14,007 nucleotides of DNA, from assembly GCA_048940445.1 (NCBI GenBank), contig JBHLON010000049.1, forward strand, positions 3,892 to 17,898. The letters are read 5' to 3'. The notes below the pieces were generated by a model, which ran no database searches, was not told the origin of the DNA, and was given only the letters and a program-made list of their open reading frames with translations. This DNA comes from Promethearchaeota archaeon (GTDB lineage Archaea > Asgardarchaeota > Lokiarchaeia > Sigyniarchaeales > SOKP01). Numbering within the stretch: the first letter of the stretch is position 1; each line of letters opens with the position of its first letter. The position numbers were made by a program, and so were the translations under genes. This document shows, piece by piece, positions 8,985 to 14,007 of this stretch.

Positions 8985-9015
8985 GTCTGCCGATCTTTCG
9001 ATTGTGGAAGAACGA
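8985..9015 (-). other. tRNA intron 2 (31 nt, variable loop, best placed at 46/47)
   Basis: TCGTTCTTCCACAATCGAAAGATCGGCAGAC. Central helix CTGA/GCAG (3 of 4), bulge GA^T, inner helix CGTTCTT/AAGATCG (6 of 7). The boundary can slide up to 6 nt because of a TCGTTC direct repeat. Confidence 0.75.
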
Positions 9016-9024
9016 TCTCAGGGT

Positions 9025-9049
9025 CTCTCTATGGAGTGAAGCCATCATA
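9025..9049 (-). other. tRNA intron 1 (25 nt, canonical position 37/38)
   Basis: TATGATGGCTTCACTCCATAGAGAG. Outer helix is the anticodon stem, central helix CTCA/AGAG (3 of 4 pairs), bulges TA^T and AG^A, inner ATG/CAT. Confidence 0.85.
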
Positions 9050-9119
9050 TATGAGCCCTGCGGCATAAACCAGGCTAGCCCACCCCGCTCTACTTGCTCC
9101 TATGAAAAAATTCAACTTT

Positions 9120-9134
9120 CTATATATTTTTATA
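9120..9134 (-). promoter_or_regulatory. Putative TATA-box region of the tRNA-iMet gene
   Basis: Minus strand TATAAAAATATATAG about 30-45 nt upstream of the mature 5' end. The AT-rich background weakens the call. Confidence 0.35.
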
Positions 9135-9251
9135 ATTATCTTATTTTTTAATATTTACCCTTTTTAGAAGTTTTAGTGGATTTTTTTAACTTTATGTTAA
9201 AATAATCTGATAACGTAATTTGTTATTAATCAAATAGGATATTTGAAAGTA

Positions 9252-9923
9252 ATGGTTGATGCTCATATTCAAAGCTTTTTTGGTCATAACATAGGAATAA
9301 TAGTAAAAACCTTTTCAAAATCTAAACCATATATTTTCTTCCAATTTTTAAAAAAAAAGCCTAATGGAATTTGGGAAAAGCCATCTATAAATGAAGGGAA
9401 AGTTATAAAATTCTCATTAGAAGAAATTATTATGATTTTACAGGTATTAAATCGCAATATTCAAAATTGGACAAATTACCACATATATCAGAATAAAAAA
9501 ACCCATATTTCATTTAGTTGGGAAGATGATATTACAAAAACTTTATGGATAAACATTGATGATTACTCAAAGATGCTCAATTTTGCTCAAACAGAAATTT
9601 TAAGATTATTAATGACCCATATATTAAATGAAAAAATTATCTATTCTACTTCTTCAAAATTAATTAATAAGACAGAATTATCCAATCTTAATAAAGAAAA
9701 ATCAAGAGATCGGAATTTCAACAAAGAAGTCCCCATTACGATTCCGATAGAGGGCTTAATTAAAGAAGATTCAAATAAAGCAATTTTAATTAAATTCAAT
9801 GCTAATAAGGAAATATGGATTCCTAAATCAACTATTCATTCTGATTATCTTCCAAAGAAATTTGAATATCAAATCTTCTTAATAGAAAACTGGATATTAA
9901 AAAAAAATAATATAAAATCCTAA
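9252..9923 (+). CDS. Hypothetical protein; N-terminal Whirly/PC4-like domain (tentative) plus small C-terminal KAIL...WIPKS beta domain
   Basis: Long ORF divergent from the tRNA (ATG 9252, or TTG 9243 after AGGA). Domain calls come from pattern resemblance only. Confidence 0.75.
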   Translation: MVDAHIQSFFGHNIGIIVKTFSKSKPYIFFQFLKKKPNGIWEKPSINEGKVIKFSLEEIIMILQVLNRNIQNWTNYHIYQNKKTHISFSWEDDITKTLWINIDDYSKMLNFAQTEILRLLMTHILNEKIIYSTSSKLINKTELSNLNKEKSRDRNFNKEVPITIPIEGLIKEDSNKAILIKFNANKEIWIPKSTIHSDYLPKKFEYQIFLIENWILKKNNIKS

Positions 9924-9995
9924 ATCTTTAATTTATTTCAATATTTTAAAATAAAAAATAAACTTAATTTTAATTAATTATAATAATATTGCCAT

Positions 9996-11795
9996 ATGAG
10001 CATTCTCAATCTAATTTTAGATTTCATACTAAACCCGTGGTTTATACTCTCATTAATTTTTTGGACATTTGTGGCAATTATGGTATATTTATTAAGGAAT
10101 AGGAAAGGATCTTACAATCTCTTTTTTCCTCTGCTCGCTTTATTCAAAACAAAAAGGTTAAATAATTTTATTAGAAGAATCTCAGCAAAAAATCCAAAAT
10201 TTTGGAGGATTTTTTGGAATATTGGTATTTTTATATCATTTGGGTTAATGATTTATGCATTTTACTTCTTTTTTACGAATCTTCTTAATATCATTTTTGC
10301 CCCAAGTCCTGAACAAGCTCTTGTTCCACTTATTCCAGGAGTAACCATCGGTCTACCGACTTTTTTTTATTTACTATTACCCTTATTGTTTGTACTTACT
10401 ACACATGAATTTGCTCATGGTATTTCCGCTAGTATCGATGGTGTTGAGATTAAATCAACCGGAGTAATGGGTGTTGGATTATTTTATTTAATCGGCTTTG
10501 GAGCTTTTGTGGAAGTTAATGAATGGGAATTAAATTCAAGTAAACACCATCGAAATACTAGATTTAGAATTGCTGCTGCGGGAACTTATATAAACGCAAT
10601 TACTGCAGGATTAGCTTTCATACTTATTATAAGTTTTCCATATCTAGTATCCCCGTTTTATAAGCAGGTAAGTCAAATTTATTATGTACTAAAACCTGAC
10701 GAAGGAGGATTCAATTATGGAGTGCTTGAACATGGAGATGCAATTGATGCGATCAAAAAACAAAATGCTCCTGATACATCTTTCCTTTATTTAGACGAAC
10801 TACAAGGAATTAGTTTATCAACAATTCTAAGTAATACTACAAGAATAAAATTTTCTATAGGAGATAATTTAACATTTAAGGTTTATAATCCATATAGTGA
10901 TATTTCTTCAGAAAAAAATGTAGTAGTGGGCCCAAGATATGATTTGGGTTTACAATATGAATATATTTCAAATTCTCAATTAAAGTTAACTTATAATTAT
11001 ACAAGTCAAGAAAATTTGAATATAACAATTACCCTTATAAATGGCACAGCGATCGATCGTGAAAATGGAAAAACGCTAGAATCTTTTCTCTCTAAATTTA
11101 ATCGAACATATTTGATCTTAACAGATAATCATGGTTTCAATCATACGGTTAACATTTCAGTAACAGGTGTATTTATTGGAGTGCAAAGCACCTTATACTG
11201 GTTGTATAAGAATGAATTTGCTAAATTCTTTACAGGAAATTGGCCAGATTTCTGGTTAAGAGAAATTGTTTGGTTATTTATAATTGCTTTTAGTCTGGTA
11301 CTTTTCAACGTAATTCCTTTACCTGTCTTTGATGGAGATAGAATGTTGAAAGAACTTGTAGATTGGATTTTTGGAAAGAATTTTAGTGGTGTGAAAAGGA
11401 AAAGGAAAGATCGTTTTATCTATAAAGGCACAGATACAGATTGTAATCTATCAGAATATCGTGTAGAAAAGGTCGATGCTATTAAAGTTTATTTAAAAGA
11501 CAAGTCTGATAAGCAAAAAAGCAAGGAAATTATACTAGGGGAAAGTAATTATGAATTAAAAGATAAAACAGGGGATGGTTTTAATGATACAGTTTCAATT
11601 AAATTACCAGAAGATTCAAAAATCAAGGAAAATACTGTTTTTGAGATATTTTATGAGTATTCTTATGATGAAAAGAAAAGAACTAAGAAAGTAGTTGTAA
11701 ATATAATTAGATATATTGCAATAATAATTGTACTGAGCAACTTTATATTATCCTTTATAAAGTTTGGCTTCAATCCACTCTTTTGGATCCAATAA
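9996..11795 (+). CDS. Site-2 protease (peptidase M50, intramembrane zinc metalloprotease)
   Basis: HEFAH zinc motif, GAFVE, RIAAAG...N, NVIPLPVFDG (NxxPxxxxDG), and multiple hydrophobic segments. Confidence 0.95.
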   Translation: MSILNLILDFILNPWFILSLIFWTFVAIMVYLLRNRKGSYNLFFPLLALFKTKRLNNFIRRISAKNPKFWRIFWNIGIFISFGLMIYAFYFFFTNLLNIIFAPSPEQALVPLIPGVTIGLPTFFYLLLPLLFVLTTHEFAHGISASIDGVEIKSTGVMGVGLFYLIGFGAFVEVNEWELNSSKHHRNTRFRIAAAGTYINAITAGLAFILIISFPYLVSPFYKQVSQIYYVLKPDEGGFNYGVLEHGDAIDAIKKQNAPDTSFLYLDELQGISLSTILSNTTRIKFSIGDNLTFKVYNPYSDISSEKNVVVGPRYDLGLQYEYISNSQLKLTYNYTSQENLNITITLINGTAIDRENGKTLESFLSKFNRTYLILTDNHGFNHTVNISVTGVFIGVQSTLYWLYKNEFAKFFTGNWPDFWLREIVWLFIIAFSLVLFNVIPLPVFDGDRMLKELVDWIFGKNFSGVKRKRKDRFIYKGTDTDCNLSEYRVEKVDAIKVYLKDKSDKQKSKEIILGESNYELKDKTGDGFNDTVSIKLPEDSKIKENTVFEIFYEYSYDEKKRTKKVVVNIIRYIAIIIVLSNFILSFIKFGFNPLFWIQ

Positions 11796-11805
11796 CGCTC
11801 TTGAA

Positions 11806-12792
11806 GTGATTGATATAACTCGCCCACAGATTGGAAAAGAAAACCTTAACTGTTCATTTTGTGATAAAATTGCTATTACTATAAGAAAACATTCAGGGCA
11901 ATCATTATGTAGTGATTGTTTTCTAACAAGTATTGAGAAGATCATAGCCAATACAATTTCAAAATATAATATGCTAAAACCAAGAGATCAAATAATTATT
12001 GCCTTATCTGGTGGTAAGGATTCTATAACCTTGTTATATAACCTAATAAAAATCCAAAAGAAGATATATATTCCAAGATCATTGATAGCATTAACTATAG
12101 ATGAAGGAATTGAAGGATATCGAGAAAATACTATCGGAATTGCGAAAAATTTTTGTAAAAAATATGGTATTGAACATAAAATTGTAAGCTTTAAAGAACG
12201 ATTTGGAATGACATTGGATGATATAGTCAAAAAAAAAAAAAAATCTACAAATCATAAATATGCCTGTAATTATTGTGCTACAATTAGAAGAAGATTGCTA
12301 AACGATGTTGCAAAAGAACTAGGTGCAGACATTTTAGCTTTAGGACATAATTTGACCGATATCTGCGAAACTTTCTTAATGAACATTTTATATAAAAGGA
12401 TAAATCTAATAGGAAGTCAATTTCCATACAAAGAAGAAAGCGAAGAAATAAGGAACTATTATATTAAAAAGGTGTCACCACTTATGAGACTCCCAGAGGA
12501 AGAAATATCATTGTACACCAGGTTAAATCAATTTGAGACTTACAATTCTCATTGCCCTTATAGAAAAAAAGATCCGATTTTAAGGAGAAGAGTATTAGAT
12601 TTCATTCAATCCTGTAAAGTATATAGCCCTGAAATAGAATTTAACTTATTTAATGGATTTTCAGAACTGTCAAATATAATTTATCACTATTATGGAAAAC
12701 AGAAACATAAATTATGTAAAATTTGCGGATATCCAAGTGGAAGTGCTAAAATATGTTCATACTGTAGTTTAAAAGAAGAACTGAGCTTATAA
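11806..12792 (+). CDS. ttuA: tRNA 2-thiolation protein, Ctu1/NcsA/TtuA family (TIGR00269-like)
   Basis: N-terminal CSFC...CSDC zinc finger, PP-loop SGGKDS, TIDEGI.GYR, CNYC...RRR.LN, GHN..D..ET, CPY, C-terminal CKIC...CSYC. In-frame GTG at 11806, just after the S2P stop, is preferred to TTG 11764. Confidence 0.92.
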   Translation: MIDITRPQIGKENLNCSFCDKIAITIRKHSGQSLCSDCFLTSIEKIIANTISKYNMLKPRDQIIIALSGGKDSITLLYNLIKIQKKIYIPRSLIALTIDEGIEGYRENTIGIAKNFCKKYGIEHKIVSFKERFGMTLDDIVKKKKKSTNHKYACNYCATIRRRLLNDVAKELGADILALGHNLTDICETFLMNILYKRINLIGSQFPYKEESEEIRNYYIKKVSPLMRLPEEEISLYTRLNQFETYNSHCPYRKKDPILRRRVLDFIQSCKVYSPEIEFNLFNGFSELSNIIYHYYGKQKHKLCKICGYPSGSAKICSYCSLKEELSL

Positions 12793-12793
12793 A

Positions 12794-13783
12794 TCAGTCA
12801 ATTAAATAATTTGAAAATGCTTTCAACATTTTATATTCCCTTACTTCTTCCTTAAACAGAGGTATTTCAATCAGATCCTTCTGCAATTTATTTTGAAAGA
12901 CTTCTTTGATTTTATCTAAATTTTTTTGTTGCATATTCCTTCGAGCCTTACAAAAATCACATAGTTCAGATGGATTTTGGTATAATTGGTTAACTACAAT
13001 GTTCGAATTAGGAATATTATACTTAATCAATTGATTCAATAATCTTCCCGTTTCTGCAATAGCCATTTCTTCAGGAATCATAACTATTACGAAAGAATTG
13101 ATATTTGGATCGGCTAAATCAGCTCTAGCGTTTAATATCGCATCATTCATTCTTTCCAACACTTCCATTGAATTATTTTGCTCTTCATTTTCTCCACCAA
13201 ACATCTTTTTAAATTTACCAAATAATTTACCTATTTTAAGTCTCAACTTTAAAATTTTACCTATCCAACTAGATAATGTATCTGGGAGTCCTAAGAGTCT
13301 TAATGTGTGTCCAGTAGGTGCTGTGTCAAATATGATTAGATCATAATCATGTTCAGTTTCTATAAATTCTAAAACTTTTCCAAAAGCCAGTGTTTCATCT
13401 ATACCAGGAGGATTTAATGTAGATCCATTTTCAGAGTCCCCAGACAATCCATCTAGCATACTTTGCATCATATCACCCATAAAACCCATATCTCCTAATG
13501 GGTTTATTTCAGTTAATTGTTTAATTTCTGTGAATTTTGCTTGAGGATTGATTTCTAAAGCACTTAAATTTGTAATTCCATTAACAGGAACAATTTCACC
13601 GGGAGTTAAACTCATTCCTAAACTATCTCCTAATGAATGAGCCGGATCTGTGCTTATTATCAACGTTTTTCTCCCATGTTCAGCAGCCCAGATTGCTGAA
13701 CTTGCTGCACACGTTGTTTTTCCCACTCCTCCTTTTCCACCAAACATGATTATTTTTAAGTTGAGTAATAAATACTTTAGCAT
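12794..13783 (-). CDS. get3: Get3/TRC40/ArsA-family ATPase (single domain, Get3-like)
   Basis: GGKGGVGKTT, STDPAHSL, PGIDE, DTAPTGHTLRLL, VVNQ, CDFCKARR (CxxC), and a Met-rich helical insert. Confidence 0.9.
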   Translation of the reverse strand: MLKYLLLNLKIIMFGGKGGVGKTTCAASSAIWAAEHGRKTLIISTDPAHSLGDSLGMSLTPGEIVPVNGITNLSALEINPQAKFTEIKQLTEINPLGDMGFMGDMMQSMLDGLSGDSENGSTLNPPGIDETLAFGKVLEFIETEHDYDLIIFDTAPTGHTLRLLGLPDTLSSWIGKILKLRLKIGKLFGKFKKMFGGENEEQNNSMEVLERMNDAILNARADLADPNINSFVIVMIPEEMAIAETGRLLNQLIKYNIPNSNIVVNQLYQNPSELCDFCKARRNMQQKNLDKIKEVFQNKLQKDLIEIPLFKEEVREYKMLKAFSNYLID

Positions 13784-13810
13784 AATCTATCTCTCTTTTG
13801 CTCTTATTAA

Positions 13811-14007
13811 TTAGTAATTTAACTTAAAACGTAAAATCGCTACAATTCCTCCAAATGTGCTGTATAACATCTCTCCTTCTTCAGTTTCAGAAGAAATAAT
13901 ATCTACTTCAGTTCCCATAGTATTTGCAACACTTCCTAGCTCTTCGATCATTGAAATATTATCAGTAACATTAAATGTATTTGAATTACATTTAGGACAA
14001 TTCTCTT
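13811..14007 (-). CDS. prf1: Peptide chain release factor aRF1, C-terminal part (5'-truncated; not in ORF track)
   Basis: Manual translation from 14005: ENCPKCNSNTFNVTDNISMIEELGSVANTMGTEVDIISSETEEGEMLYSTFGGIVAILRFKLNY*. The SSETEEGE..L...FGGI.AILRF tail and CPKC minidomain fit aRF1 better than pelota. Confidence 0.88.
   Translation of the reverse strand, partial: ENCPKCNSNTFNVTDNISMIEELGSVANTMGTEVDIISSETEEGEMLYSTFGGIVAILRFKLNY

Larger units (their letters stand above)
8923..9089 (-). tRNA. Initiator tRNA-Met (CAT) with three introns; exons 9089-9050, 9024-9016, 8984-8972, 8939-8923
   Basis: The joined exons give a complete 79-nt cloverleaf: AGCGGGG TG GGCT AGCCTGGTTTA TGCC G CAGGG CTCATAA CCCTG AGATC GTTCG TTCAAAT CGAAC CCCCGCT A CCA. 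Initiator hallmarks: A1-U72, G11-C24, three consecutive G-C pairs (29-31/39-41), discriminator A. CCA is encoded. Confidence 0.93.

Noticed and set aside
8943-9048. Box C-like ATGATGG in intron 1 and CTGA (box D-like) at 9021-9018 and 8946-8943, suggesting an intron-encoded C/D guide RNA
   Set aside because: The boxes lie in different introns/exons, no single intron holds both, and the CTGA copies are explained by tRNA and BHB pairing. L7Ae binding to the pre-tRNA would reopen the question.
8923-9089. Split or permuted tRNA, or two overlapping tRNAs
   Set aside because: All four exons are collinear on one strand and assemble into one cloverleaf; no leader complementarity or permutation is needed.
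8809-9151. ORFs 8809-9066 (-) and 8948-9151 (+)
   Set aside because: Both overlie the tRNA-iMet gene. They are open only because the RNA gene is GC-richer, and they have no protein motifs.
9345-9359. TTTTTAAAAAAAAAG slippery-like site
   Set aside because: The ORF continues in frame, no stimulatory structure was seen, and such runs are expected in this AT-rich DNA.
11748-13346. Antisense ORFs 11748-11951, 11988-12230, 13098-13346
   Set aside because: Shadow frames of the thiolase and Get3 genes.
12794-13783. Arsenic-resistance ArsA call
   Set aside because: Single domain with Get3 features and no arsB/arsD/arsR neighbours.
1-14007. CRISPR array, IS/integrase at the tRNA, selenocysteine readthrough
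   Set aside because: No periodic repeats, transposase or integrase, or duplicated tRNA 3' end were seen. The recognisable TGA-ending genes stop at their expected family lengths.

Overview
AT-rich archaeal housekeeping region; gene content and protein style suggest an Asgard/Lokiarchaeia-like genome (inference). In order it carries: 3' end of thiI, a SWS1/ZSWIM7-like SWIM zinc-finger gene, a GT4 glycosyltransferase plus a divergent fold-type-III PLP decarboxylase, an FtsZ2-type ftsZ, a small hypothetical, and a minus-strand cluster (RPA2-like OB+wHTH, aIF-2beta, DUF424, NMD3, RIO1, Dim2/Pno1). After these come a Whirly/PC4-like hypothetical, an M50 site-2 protease, a Ctu1/TtuA tRNA 2-thiolase, a Get3/TRC40 ATPase and the 3' end of aRF1 (missed by the ORF track). 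The standout is the GC-rich island at 8923-9089 (-), where the ORF track shows two spurious ORFs. It is an initiator tRNA-Met(CAT) gene split by three BHB-type introns (37/38, 46/47, 59/60), leaving 9- and 13-nt internal exons. No mobile elements, CRISPR arrays or rRNA were seen.
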